A stretch of 64,000 bases of DNA from Mobula hypostoma (taxonomy: Eukaryota): the NCBI RefSeq assembly GCF_963921235.1, contig NC_086108.1:65226001-65290000 (forward strand). Direction: 5' to 3'. The notes under the pieces were generated by a model. That model had not been told where the DNA came from. It made no database searches and saw only the letters and a program-made list of their open reading frames with translations. Below are positions 1 through 11,891 of this stretch, piece by piece; the stretch's first letter is position 1, and each line of letters begins with the position of its first letter. The translations under genes were made by a program, and so were the position numbers.

Positions 1-9
1 AAATTAGAT

Positions 10-625
10 TAGACTATGAGGACATGCAATCTTCTTTTATTGTCATTTAGTAATGCATGCATTAAGAAATGATACACTATTCCTCCAGTATGTTATCACA
101 GAAACACAAGACAAACCAAGACTAAAAAAACTGACAAAAACCACATAATTATAACATATAGTTACAACAGTGCAAAGCAATACCGTAATTTGATAAAGAA
201 CAGACCATGGGCACAGTAAAAAAAAGTCTCAAAGTCTCTTGAAAGTCCCATCATCTCACACAGACGGTAGAAGGAAGAAAAACTCTCCCTGCCATGAACC
301 TCCAGTGCCGCAAACTTGCCAGTGCAGCACCCGGGAGGCACCCGACCACAGCCAACTCTTGAGTCTGTCCGAAAACTTCGAGCCTCCGACCAGCCCTCTG
401 ACACTGAGCACCATCTCTGCCGAGCGCTTCGACCCTGGCCCCGGCAACAGGCAATAGGCAAAAGCCAAGGATTTGGGGCCTTCCCCTCCGGAGATTCTTG
501 ATAGCGGTGGCAGCGAAGCAGGCATTTCAGAAGTTTCTGCAGATGTTCCTCTGCGCTTCTCATGTCTGTCTCCATCAAATCAGGATTGTGCACTGCGTCG
601 CGCCACCATCTTCTCCTCCCCTCCG
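10..625 (-). mobile_element. Non-autonomous LINE-related retroposon (SINE-like)
   Basis: Minus-strand 5' end contains GAAGATGGTGGCG. The AT-rich 3' tail lies at the window start. No coherent ORF. Confidence 0.45.
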
Positions 626-629
626 TACC

Positions 630-2394
630 TTGCACTAGGACCCATTGCCCAGCATCAACAGCAGCTTAGTTCCACTATTACTGACTGTGTTGACCAGATC
701 CTGAAGGTCATAAAATAGTATCAGACGCCACGAAACCCTGTAACTTCAAAGCCCAGCATCTCTTTCAATCTACTGTTAAAATCAGGCCAAGCAATCAATC
801 AAAGTTGAATTAAGAGCACAGGGAGATGGGAGTTGCAGGAAGAACCAGGAGCTGCACAATGCATATCTAAAAATGAGGAGACAACCGGGTATAGCTGCAT
901 ATGAGTTAGACAGATGGTTGCAAGATACAACTACCTGAATGCAAAAGGCAAGGGTAAGAGATCTTACAGAAAACAGATCACCTCAAAGCCTTACAGTCCT
1001 ACTAGGTTCAGCTGCGAATGATGGTGAACAACTAGACAATGGAAGAGACTTTCCAACCTCACCAACATTAGGGCCAGAAGATCACTGATAAAGACAAGGA
1101 CAAAGCATTTGTAATCATGTTCTGTCAGATGTGCTGAATGATTCCACTTCCCTTGAGATCCCGACTACCTTAGAAGCCAGCTTCAAACTATTCAATTTAC
1201 TCCATGCAATGTCAGGAAAAGACTGATAATAATGGATACTGTAAAGGCTATGTATCCAGTTAAAATCCCACTACAATAATGAGGACTTCCAGTAAGATGC
1301 GTGCTAACCAAAGGTGTTTTTGTCTTTTTTAATGCTTTTTTTTTTACGATCGCAGGACAATGCTGGACATTAAAAACTTCAGTTACTGTATGTCTGCCAC
1401 ATTAGCAAGCTGCTTGTTGGTGGAGGAGCTGGAGGAATTGGATTTTGTGCAGACCATGTTACTGCCTACAACAGGAAGGCATCAGAGTCAATGCACGAAG
1501 GCAATCGCAGTCTAACTGTGAGTGATTGTCTTGGACACTTCTCTTGTGATCACAAGACCCTGTTGGACATTGTTAATGTAAAGTGCTGCAAGTCTGTTTC
1601 CCTTGTTTATTGACAAGACAGACACTTGGGGAATTGCACGGCCACAGTCGTAGAGAGGTCTACATCTCAAGCAGAGGAGTTGCTGATGGCAGTATAGTGC
1701 AACAGTAGAAGACAGTATCCATACTGGGTCAGGGCTGCCCCTGTTGGTGCTGTCCCCTAGTGTTCAATTGGTGTAATGACAAACTGGATTGCAAGCATGT
1801 GTGCAAATGTTCATCTGCATACTGCTGAGAAACGTTCGTTCCTGTCAATAACACCCATGCACCATCAATTCGTGGAACACATCTCTCAGACACTCGGGCT
1901 TTATATTGTTTAGCAAGACTGTATGTTTTACTGCTGCCTTATATGTGCTATACATGCCTTGAGTTGTGTATGACTGTCGGTCGTGTGATTTGCATCTTGG
2001 CTCCTGAGGAATGCCGTTTCATTTGGCTCTATTCATGTATGGTTGAATGATAATTAAACTTAAACCTGAACTTGGCGTGATACAGCGTTAGCTGTGCAGC
2101 TCATAAAGCCATTCCAGCACAATCACAACATCGCCATCTACCCAACAATGTGGAAACTTTCCAAATTTTCCATCTACAAAAAACTTAGAGCGAATCAAAT
2201 CTGGCTAATTATTACCGAACCAGCCAGATGTCAACTGTCCACAATGTGATGGAGGATGTCATCAACAGCGCTAGAGTATGGCACACACACACCAATTTCT
2301 TGGTGGGTTTCACAGAACTACATGGTTCTATGTATCATTATCATCTTGATACAAGTGCTAACCAAAGAGTTGAATATCAGAAGTGAAATGAGAC
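630..2394 (+). mobile_element. Ancient LINE RT remnant (L2/CR1-group), host of the ERV; interrupted at ~1290-2075 and resumes at ~18641-18705
   Basis: Degenerate RT-coding sequence (AAGGCTATG at ~1244, ATCTACCCAACAATGTGGAAA at ~2137). The continuation encoding the AFD..WH motif region (GCATTTGACTCAGTGTTGC) appears right after the ERV 3' LTR. Confidence 0.55.
1290..2075 (+). mobile_element. Non-autonomous retroposon inserted in the old LINE
   Basis: Starts near CAGTAAGATG, ends in a short AAACTT-type repeat tail and splits the LINE remnant. Confidence 0.45.
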
Positions 2395-2910
2395 AGTGGA
2401 AGCTACCTGATAGTCTGGGGCAGTTGTAGTCAAGTGGGACCTTTGAAGTGAGACCGGCAGAAACACCTTTGCTGTAGCCGTGTGTACTTAGCCAGATGAG
2501 TGAGGCTCTGTAGTGAGACTCTTCATAAAGCATAGTATCCCCCTACACAATATGGTTTGCCAGGATAACAGAAGGATGTGAAACATACCTAACAACTAAG
2601 ACTCTGTTGTCTTTACTAACTTCAAAATATCATCGGCTGTCTGCTTGAATTTTCAATTGACTTTAACACCTCTGTTACGAAGGTGATTCATCTTTCGAGC
2701 AAGGAATTCAAATATATACAATTTACAATAATCAATATCGCAGACTTCTGTTCAGACTTCAAAATACTGTGGGTGACAGGGGCCCATGCTATTCTTCTTG
2801 TGCACAAGTAAAATGAAAAGGAGTGCTTGAGTTATAAGAGTGCATGTGTTCTGGTCCCATTTATTTTAGTTATGTTATTTTTATTATCGGTGATGACAGA
2901 TACTTCAACA
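2395..2910 (+). repeat. ERV 5' LTR
   Basis: Homologous to 17412-17485 plus 18137-18640, with a 40-bp exact match (2585-2624 = 18287-18326). Ends in CA. The start is approximate. Confidence 0.8.
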
Positions 2911-2916
2911 GTTACT

Positions 2917-2934
2917 TGGACATTCCACCCTTGG
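2917..2934 (+). promoter_or_regulatory. Putative primer-binding site, tRNA-Gln-like
   Basis: TGGACATTCCACC just after the LTR matches 11 of 13 bases of TGGAGGTTCCACC, the complement of the tRNA-Gln 3' end. Confidence 0.45.
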
Positions 2935-3188
2935 CTTTGTTGTATGGGAGAAAGGAATTCAGCCAATCAGTCCTAAATCCTAGGCTGCCCATATCTGAGC
3001 AAAGGACTGAGTCTGCTGCTGGGACAGAAGTTTCCTCCTGTGTGGAATAGTCAAGGTACGCCACCTCAGTCACCAATATAGGAAAGCTGAAGCATTAAGA
3101 AAAAGAGACAAGGTTGCAGTGGTCCAGGTTGGAGCCTGCACGAGCTGTTGCTATACGGATTGGCGTCCACTCAAAGCACAGAAAAATT

Positions 3189-3196
3189 CGGTAAGT
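3189..3196 (+). promoter_or_regulatory. Candidate retroviral major splice donor
   Basis: CG|GTAAGT in the ERV leader between the PBS and gag. Confidence 0.4.
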
Positions 3197-3399
3197 GCGT
3201 TGTTGAGAAAAGAATTCCCAAACATGCATCTGTACACATGTATGTGTGTCTGTACGTGTCCTGATTGTGTGTGTGTGTGAAAGTCCTCTGTCCTGGACCT
3301 CTAAAGGACTCCAGTAGCAAATGTTTGTAATAGAAAGTATATTGAAGTGTGTGGAATAGACTATGTGAGTGTCTGCAGGTGTGTGTTAGAGGAAGGAAA

Positions 3400-4408
3400 A
3401 TATGAGAAAACTGTAGAGTGGTCTGTGTTTGTTTAATGTAGACATAGTAATTGCAGACACAGTAAGATGAATCGTATAGGAAAAATAGAGAAAATCTAGA
3501 GATCAAAAAAATATGAAAAGAGCAGGCAAAGATGGTGGTGTCTGCTTTAAGGAGAAAAAAAACCAAATTTAAACAAATGGTGCCAGAATCTGAAGATGAA
3601 CTAGATGACTATAATCCTCTTTATCCCCAAATACCATTACCACAGAGTCTGCACAACGCGTCGCCTCCCAATTATCCATGATCGTCAGTGCTAGCCAATG
3701 CCTCAATTCTGTCTGAGATTTTGACTACCACTTCAGAAGGTAGAGAACAACAGTGGGGTGTGGGAGGGGGGTTTAATTAAAGGTCTGATAGCAGAACATG
3801 CTAGAACTCGTGACTAGTGTGTATCTGAATCCTGTGTGCACATTTCCAGGACTGGATGGGCACCTGGTTGAAGATTACAGACCATGCTCTAGATCTGAAT
3901 AATGGGCTATAATGGAGTCGACTCCTGATCCTAAAGAGGAGGTAGAAGGATTTATCCCTACGATGGAAATCCTCTCTAAATGTCATACTCCAAATGTTGA
4001 TGTAGTAATGGACGCCTGCTTGGGGTTGGTTAAGTGGAAACAAATTAGAGAACATATTGAATGACTAAGACAGGCTCAAATATTGATCTGAACACACTAA
4101 TCTACTAGAAACGTTGAGGGAATGGTTCCCTCGTATCATAGATTGGCATAAGATATGCAGTTATGAAGAGAAGAGACAAAAATGTTGATGAATACATGGA
4201 ACATGTGTGATGATGCATCTTAAAAATATTTTGGCTTACACTCAGAAACAGGAATACCTGCTTTGGTAAATGTTATTGAGAGGGCTGCAGTACGGGTTAA
4301 AAAAAATGTTCACTGCAACTTGTGTAGGATGGGAGGGGGAAGAGTTAAACAAAGTAGTAAACATTTTACAACATTGCCAGAGGCAGTCACAATATCAAAA
4401 GATTAGAA
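3400..4408 (+). pseudogene. gag: ERV gag (late-domain region and capsid)
   Basis: LYPQI (3619-3633) and PPNY (3664-3675) late-domain-like motifs. Capsid-like segments YRPCSRSE..TPDPKEEVEGFI, IDWHKI and GLQYGLKKMFTATCVGWEG. Stops and frameshifts present. Confidence 0.7.
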
Positions 4409-4789
4409 ATGTTAAAGGAACCTTGGATTTGGAGAGATATTGGAACTTGGTTAAGAAAAAGGAAGTGCATAGCAGGTACAGACAGGCAGAAACAAATGAG
4501 GTACTTGAGGAGTGTAAGAAATGCAAGAGGACACTTAAGAAGGACATCAGAGGGGCTAAAAGAAGACATGAGATTGCTCTTGCTGACAAGGTGAAGGAGA
4601 ATCCTAAGAACTTCTACAGATGTATTAGGAGCAAAGGAGTAATAATGGGAAAAAAAATTGCTTCTGGAAAGTCAGACTGGTAATATGTGTGTGGAGCTGA
4701 AAGAGACAGGGGAGATCATAAATGGATTTTGTGCATCTATATATACCTGGAAGATGGACATAGTCTATGGATGTAAGGCAATGCATAGA
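4409..4789 (+). mobile_element. CR1 LINE ORF2 fragment, upstream part (continues at 9739)
   Basis: LKKDIRGAKRRHEIALADKVKENPKNFYRCIRSK, typical of the CR1 EN-RT linker. Confidence 0.8.
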
Positions 4790-7700
4790 CCTCCTGAAAC
4801 CAGACCTCTAGAAGGAAGCACAGAATAAATAGTTCAGCCAGTTGCCAAGTGAAGCAGCAAGGAACTTTGAGACTTGGATAGAGAGTCCTAGTGCGTGATT
4901 ACTGAGAAGACAAGTGACAACACCCAGTAGGATAGCTACAAGAACTGCACCACTGATGTACACAGTGGCTGTTGGAGATCAGACAGGGAGACATCATGTG
5001 AACCAGACACTGCATACTCAAACAAAGAACACAACTGAGTCAATTTCATCCAACAAGTTGCCTCTCAGTGATAATCATGCCACTGACAGCAATGTGACAC
5101 CAGAAACAGAGAACACTGTCTCAGACAAGACACCTACCTAACCTGATGCCACTCCACAGGTCCCGAGGTGCTATCCTGGAAGAAACAGAGCGCCACCCAA
5201 AAGACTGAACCTTTAGAACTGTGAAGTTATTTGTGGACTGTTATTGTGAAAGCATGTGTAACCTCAGGTTCAGCTAGTGGCTTACTCTAGGGAAAGACAG
5301 CCTCTGGCCTGGCCAAACTTGAGAAATCATCTCGTCCCTGTCTGGTCCCTCATGTGCCCACCGGGACAAAACATCAGCATCAATGTTCCTGCTTCCTGGC
5401 GGGTACTTCAGGCTGAAATCATAGGCACACAACGCCACCAACCACCAATGGCCTGTGGCATCCAGTTTCACTGAGGTCAGGATATAACTTAGAGGGTTGT
5501 GTCCGTCCTCACCTCAAACTTGGCCCCATAGAGGTAGTCACTCAGCTTATCCACCACCACCCATTTCAACGCCTGGAATTCCAACTTGTGCGTGGGATAG
5601 TTTCTCTCAGAGAGTGACAGACTCCAGCTGACAAACGTAATGGGTCTCAACCTGGTGCCCTGATCCTGATAGAAGACACTCCCTAAGCCCTCTCAGCCGG
5701 CATCCGTGAGCAGTACATACAGCAATCGGGGGTCCGCAAAAGCCAGCACCAGTGCCTGGCTCAGCAGTTCATTCAATGACTGAAAGGCCTCCTCACATTT
5801 TGTATCCCACCTCGGTACAAAGGGCTTCGACAGGATAAGATACTCTCCACCCCCCTGTCCTATTTTCCCCTCCCTTTCTTCCCCAAGGGAGGGTAACAGC
5901 ACAGAAACTGATTCAACGGATGACTCTCTTTCACGTAGCCCTTCACGAGCCTCTGATAGTAACCACAGAACCCAAGGAATAAGAGCAGAGCGCTCAGAGT
6001 CTGGAGTCCTGGCCAAGTGGTCACCGCCTCTATCTTAGCCAGTCTGTAGCTACTCCATACCGTGAGACTATGTGCCCAACATAACTAACAGACATTTTTC
6101 AGAACTGGCACGTCCAGGGAATGTTTTGACCCTTCAGCTTTCAGGCAGCCCAGCACCTTCAGTAGCCTCGCTTCATGTTCTTCCAAGGTGGACCCAAACA
6201 CTATGAGGTCATCCAGATACACCAATACCTCAAGCAAGTTCGTATCCCCCACTGTCTTCTCCAGGACCCGCTGGATGTTTGCATGGGCTCCCAATATGCC
6301 CTGAGGCATCCTTCCGAACTGGAAGACTCCCAGGGGACATATAAATGCTATCTTCTCTTTGTTGGCCTCACTCATAGGGATCTGGAAATATCCACTCCAC
6401 AAGTCCAGCACACTGAACCACTTCGCACCACTCAGATAGGCAAGCACATCGTCAATCCTCGGGACTGTATACTACTGGTAAGGGACGGTACACTTGTTCA
6501 GAGTCCTAAAGTGCATGCACATTTCAGGCCACTACTATTGGGGATGCATAGTGGCTTTGGGACTCAGTGATGACCCCAGCTTCCTTCAACTTACACAAAT
6601 GCTGCCGAGCGTCTTCCACCTCTGCAGGGGCCAGTGCTTGTGACCTTTCTTTAAACGAGGTGTCCTTGGTCACCCGGGTAGTGTGATGAGGGCTCTTGGA
6701 ACAACCCACATCAAACTCGACAGTGGAAAAGACACCTTCCAGCTTCAACATCTTCTCTACCAACCTCCTTTTCCAACCCACAGGAACCGGAGAGTCTCCA
6801 AAGCTGAATGGCTCAGTAGTCAACTTTCCCCCTTTTTCCAATAGTTTCTCCCCAGCTTGACTCACAGGGATACTAGACATTAATGTCACCAGGAACAGAT
6901 GTACTGGGGGCATCCCCTGCTTGAAGGTGACCTCCCTCTTTGTAGCATTCCTGACAATCATTGCCATCCTGCTCCTGCTGTTCGGGCCTCACCAGTACTC
7001 CAGCAGGAAATCCCGACTCCCCCTCGTGGTCTTCCGGAGCGTCCACTAAGAGGGCCTCGCCCCCAAGCACTCCAGGAAATTTGGGGGTCCCCATCATTTT
7101 CACTACTTCCCCGGGCTGTACCACCATTTGCTTTGACTGAGTGAACCACAAAGTTCCTCGTTTAAATTCGATATCCAGTCCAATGCAACCGCACACTTCC
7201 TCAAAAGCAACTCAAAACACCAGGTGAACGGTCAATGTTCCCAGAAAGCTCTCACCAGCCTTCTCCTTGCAGGCCCCCATGAGCCTCCTCACAAGAGGGA
7301 TGTTGGTCCCCACCAGAATTGAAATGCTGCCCTTCTCAGCAGGGTCCAGACAAACCAGCACTAATGTATCAAGGACCTCGGACACTCCCACATTGGCCTC
7401 TGAGAACTCCAGCTTCACTGACAAATAACTGTCGTATGGATAATCACCAGCACTAAGACCCTAGATCTCCAATGCCCTGAATGGTGTCAATGGTAAATGC
7501 TTCAGATACCAGTTGTAAAACGAACAGTAGAACAATGTGATCTGCGACCCGGTGTCGAGTGTGGCTTTAGCATAAGTATCCTCTATCCGTAGCGATGCAC
7601 TGGAGCATAGTCCCACTGAGCCTTCAGGAATAGGGTCTTTTGCTTTTGGGGGTTCCTTGATATATTGTTGGGAATGTGTTCTCCCAAAGACTCCAGGCCA

Positions 7701-9738
7701 TTCCCTCACTGGGTCTCCTCTAAGTTTTCCCCAATGACTCTCTCTGCTTAGGAACCTGGGGGCTCACTCTCCTTCTGGTGTAACACCGGCTGCCAGCAGC
7801 CCTCGGCACTGTTTGTCCCCTTAGGGCATCCACTCCTCATCAGCTCCATCATCTGGTGGGGGGGGGGCTCACACCCGCTGATAACAGCCAAGACATCTCA
7901 GTTCTCAACTCTGCCACAATCTCCTCTACCGCTCCCCGGGGCAGGCTATCCGTAGTCACTTTACCCCAAAGGACTACACCCTGCTGATGGAGCCCTCCCA
8001 CGCCTCTGACGCATTCTCCTCTTTCCATACCTCTCTGATCAGCTCAACAAAAGGGGGGGGGCACATCTTACGAAACTGTCGGAGACCCCAAGCAATCAGA
8101 TCCTGGGACTGGGTGCCCCTGGCTATCTGGTCCATTTTTAACTGATCCACCTCGGCCGCCTGAATGACCCCTCTGCGCTACAAGCAATTTAGCTGCCTCT
8201 CTAGCCAAAAAATAAAAGCAGAAAGCTTCCCCCTCTTCTCCTGACACATGTTCTAAAACCCCAGCATAAGCTCCACTGGGCTTCCCATTGGGCCAAAAGA
8301 GCTTTCCAGTGCTCGCAGGCAATTGCTCATGGTTGCTAAGGGATACTGCAACCTGACGGCTCTCACAACGTCAACAGCCCGTCCACTCAAACTCTCAACC
8401 AATCTCTGTCCATCAGAGCACTGCCACTCATCTAACAAGTGAGAGGTCTGCTCTGCACAAGTCTCATACTCCTCTTCCCCTTTAGGGGTGGGCATTATTC
8501 CAGAGAATAGGCGGAGCCTACCATAGCAGGGACTTTGAACCTGGGCATTTTTCCATTTATTCGCCAGAGAGTAAATACTACCTCAATACTCTCACTCTCC
8601 TCTCAAATCTGACCACTCCTTCTCTTCACTCCTCTAAAACGATAGAACCCTGTCTTTGAAATCTCCGCTCCCAGCTATGGGAAACTCGACTTCTGATTTA
8701 GCCTGCTCTGCCACCGCTAGGTCAGTGCAGGTCTGCATTAAAACGAGAGCTGTGCCCACCATTTTATCAAACCTCCGCAACTTTAACCATACTTAACGGG
8801 CGAGCTAACAATTCATCTGGAGTACGAATATCTACCCCACTGGTTCAATGCTCAAGGTAATCACACAGCATCCAACGAAATCAATCCCGAATGATACTCC
8901 CACAATTGTAACCCTCAGGTTTGGCTAGTGGATTACTTAGCGGGAGACAGCTCCCAGCCCAGCCAAACTTGAGAAATCTTGTTTGGGTGGATGCTGCATG
9001 ATGGGTTCCCTTGTTACAAATTCTGTACCATGAAATAACAAACAGTACACAATATGCAATTAAACGATTGAGCTTTCTAATTCTTATTTTGATTATAGGG
9101 TTAGAAAAGAAACAGAAAAAAGAAAATGGGCCCATTCTCATGAAACAGTTTATTTCACAATGTTGGAGCTCACGGTTTTCCCGTCGGTTCGTTCTCCTTC
9201 AATTTTCTCCCCAGGTGTCGACTCCCGACCTCATTCTAAGTCCACTCCGTCCTGTAGTCCACGGCTTTCCCGTTCTGGCACCTTCTCTCTCCATCTTCCG
9301 CCGAACAAAAGACCGCAAAACCGTCACTTTTGGGCTCATAGGAAAGAAAACGTCTTCCCTCATTGGCCAGCGCACATTCCCAAGTCCCCGTTATCTCTAG
9401 TCATAACCCAAACACTGCTGCTACAGAGAAACCATAACATTAGCAGTGAAACATTACAGCGCATTACATACTTATTTGGAATATGGGTTTATGAAAGTGA
9501 AATTGAATGTTTTGTACATATACAGTTTTATAGTGCATTAATCTAAAAGGGGAGGAAGTGTAATGTATGGATCTGCGTCTTTTAGAACAATGACCCACCC
9601 CCTTAGCACTACATATTGACCTATTGCCTGCACGTGCGCATTGTTCTTTCTCTCGCTCTTGCTGCAATGTGAGTAACTAGTTAAAGCTATCTCCTGCGTG
9701 CATGCTTTCAGTTAATGTGGTTGTGCACAGACACAACA
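4790..9738 (+). mobile_element. Gypsy element A, 3' end only (integrase tail 4790-5256; PPT and 3' LTR 9469-9738), split by Gypsy B
   Basis: Integrase tail resembles that of the 23067-27956 element. PPT AAAAGGGGAGGAAG at 9545-9558, then LTR TGTAATG...ACAACA at 9559-9738. Confidence 0.7.
5257..9468 (-). mobile_element. Gypsy element B with PNMA-like Gag; integrase and most of the 3' LTR deleted
   Basis: 5' LTR 8907-9468 (TGTAA...TTACA) and degenerate tRNA-Pro-like PBS at ~8883-8903. Gag PTPKGEEEYE..EW..QRLVESL, protease DTGSQ, RT YLDD (6085-6447) and RNase H follow. Only ~70 bp of the second LTR remains (5257-5328). Confidence 0.85.
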
Positions 9739-10962
9739 GTCAACATGGCTTCGTACGTGATAAGTCATGTCTAACCAGTCTTATAAAGTTTTTCAAGGAA
9801 GTTACCAGGAAAGTTGATGAAGGTAAGGCAGTGGATGTTGTCTACATAGTCTTTAGCAGGGTCTTTGACAAGGTCCTGTATCAGAGGTTGATCATAAAGG
9901 TTCAATTGTTTGGCATTAAAGATGAGGTAGGAAATAAGATTAGATATTGGCTTCGCAGAAAAAGCCAGAGAGTGGTCATAGATGGTTGTCTGGCTAGCGG
10001 TCATTGACTAGTGGTGTGCCACAGAGACTGGTGCTGGGTCGGTCTGTTGTTTGTCATCTATATCAACGATCTGGATGATCATGTGGTTAACTGGATCAGC
10101 AAATTTGACATGAAGATTGGTGGCGCTGTGGACCGCAAGGAAGACTATCAAAGCTTGCAGTGGGGCCTGGACCAACTGGGAAAATGGGCTGAAAATGGCA
10201 GATGTTGCACTCTGGGAGGACCAACCAGGGTAGGTCTTGCACAGTGAGCGGTAACACACTGAGGAGTGCAGTAGAACAGAGGGATCTGGGAATACAGATC
10301 CATAATTCATTGAAAGTGACATCACAGGTAGATATGGTTGTAATAGAGCTTTTGGCACATTGGCCTTCACAAATCAATGTGATGAGTACAGGAGTTGGGA
10401 TGTTATGTTGAAATTGGCTAAGATGTTGGGGAGGCCTAATTTGGAGTTTTGTGTCCAGTTTTGGTCACCTACCTACAGGAAAGATGTAATTAAGATTGAA
10501 AAAGTACAGAGAAAATTTACAAGAGTGTTGATGGGTCTGGAGGACCTGGGTTACAGGGAAAGGTTGAATACGTTAGGACTTAATTCCCTGGAACGCAGAA
10601 CATTGAAGGGAGATTTGATAGAGGTATACAAAATTATGAGGGGTACAAATAGGGTAAATGCAAGTAGGCTTTTTCCACTGAGGTTGGGTGAAACTACAAC
10701 TAGAGGTCATGGATTAAGGGTGAAAGGTGAACTGTTTAAGGGGAACATGAGAGGAAACTTCTTCAGTCAAAAGGGCAGTTTGAGTGCGGAATGAGCTGTC
10801 AGCACAAGTGTTGGATGCAGGGTTGATTTCAACATTTAAGATAGGTACATGGATGGGAGGGGTATGGAGGTCTATGCTCCAGGTGCGGGTTGATGGAACT
10901 AGGCAGATTAACGGTTTGGCATAGACCAGATGGGCTGAAGGGCCTTTTTCTATGCTGTAGTG
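9739..10962 (+). mobile_element. CR1 LINE RT and 3' end
   Basis: QHGFVRDKSCLTSL, LFVIYINDLD, RPNLEFCVQFWSP and a CR1 3' UTR. Confidence 0.9.
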
Positions 10963-10979
10963 GCAAAATAGTTGTTGTG

Positions 10980-11590
10980 ATGCGTCTAGTGTGGTAGTGT
11001 AGTGGGTAGTGCTTGTTACTCTCACTTTCAGCTTCCACCGCTGGCTAGTGGGCTTACAAAAAGGAGAGTTGAATGTGTAAGTTTCTCCTTGCCAGTACGT
11101 AGCCTTTCCAACAGCAAGCCTCATGTGGTGTCTCCTCCCCGGCGACACATGGAAACTGAACTCCTTTCAGCCTCAGGCTGAACTACGGAGGACGGGGAGG
11201 AGGTCTGGCCCCTGAACACTTAGCAGACAGGCTCGCTGGTGTGTGGACACACCCTGGTGCTCATGAACCAGATACCCATCAATGGGTAAATTGCCCCACT
11301 GGCTTGTGGGCAGCCTCAGGAGAGATGAAGGCTACGGGAGTAAACCCAGACAGCAAATCCAGAGTGGAGCCCCTAAGGTGGCTGGATGTCATTGAACATC
11401 CTTCCAGCGGCCAGAAGGTGCCAGAAGGTGCCAGAAGTATTGCTTCATAAGGTTTCATTTGGACTACACTGGTGTGGCTGAGAGGGGAATCTAGACGACT
11501 GGACATCTCAGGATTTCCATATCTTCCACCCAGGCTTGTGATGATGATCATCATCACCCATTGTCCTTCAAGAAAGATGGATGCCAACCA
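10980..11590 (+). mobile_element. RTE-related non-autonomous retroposon
   Basis: Ends in an RTE-like terminal stem-loop (GTGATGATG ATCATCATCAC) followed by a GTCCTT..GATGGA tail, similar in layout to 32381-33080. Confidence 0.5.
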
Positions 11591-11891
11591 GCAGTGTTCT
11601 ATGGCTCTATGAAATGAGGATAGAATACTTGTATTCACACCAATGACTGCCTCGTAGGGTTTGGGCAGTGGATGCAACAGAGGGATGGGAAGGGGACAAC
11701 CACAGGTTTGCGTTTTGTTTGCATGCAGCCTCGCCACTGGGCTCAAAGGTGCTCTTGGCTCTATTTCAGCTTTGAAAACAATCAGCTTCCCCCACTCTCC
11801 ACCACCACCTACACAGTGGACTACACAGTTTACTGTAAATAACCCTTTTGGACAACATCTCCAGCCTCCACAGTTGGGGCGCCATGCCTAA
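11591..11891 (+). pseudogene. gag: ERV gag nucleocapsid
   Basis: Degenerate CCHC knuckle RFVCMQPRHWAQRC (11711-11752; first Cys codon now CGT). Confidence 0.65.

Noticed and set aside
4270..4683. 137-aa Gag-LINE fusion ORF
   Set aside because: Chance in-frame junction of ERV capsid with the inserted CR1 fragment.
11025..11190. Second HDV-like ribozyme in the 10980-11590 element
   Set aside because: L3-like TCCACCGCT and a short CGTAG/CTACG pairing are present, but no convincing P1 could be built. It would need a family consensus.
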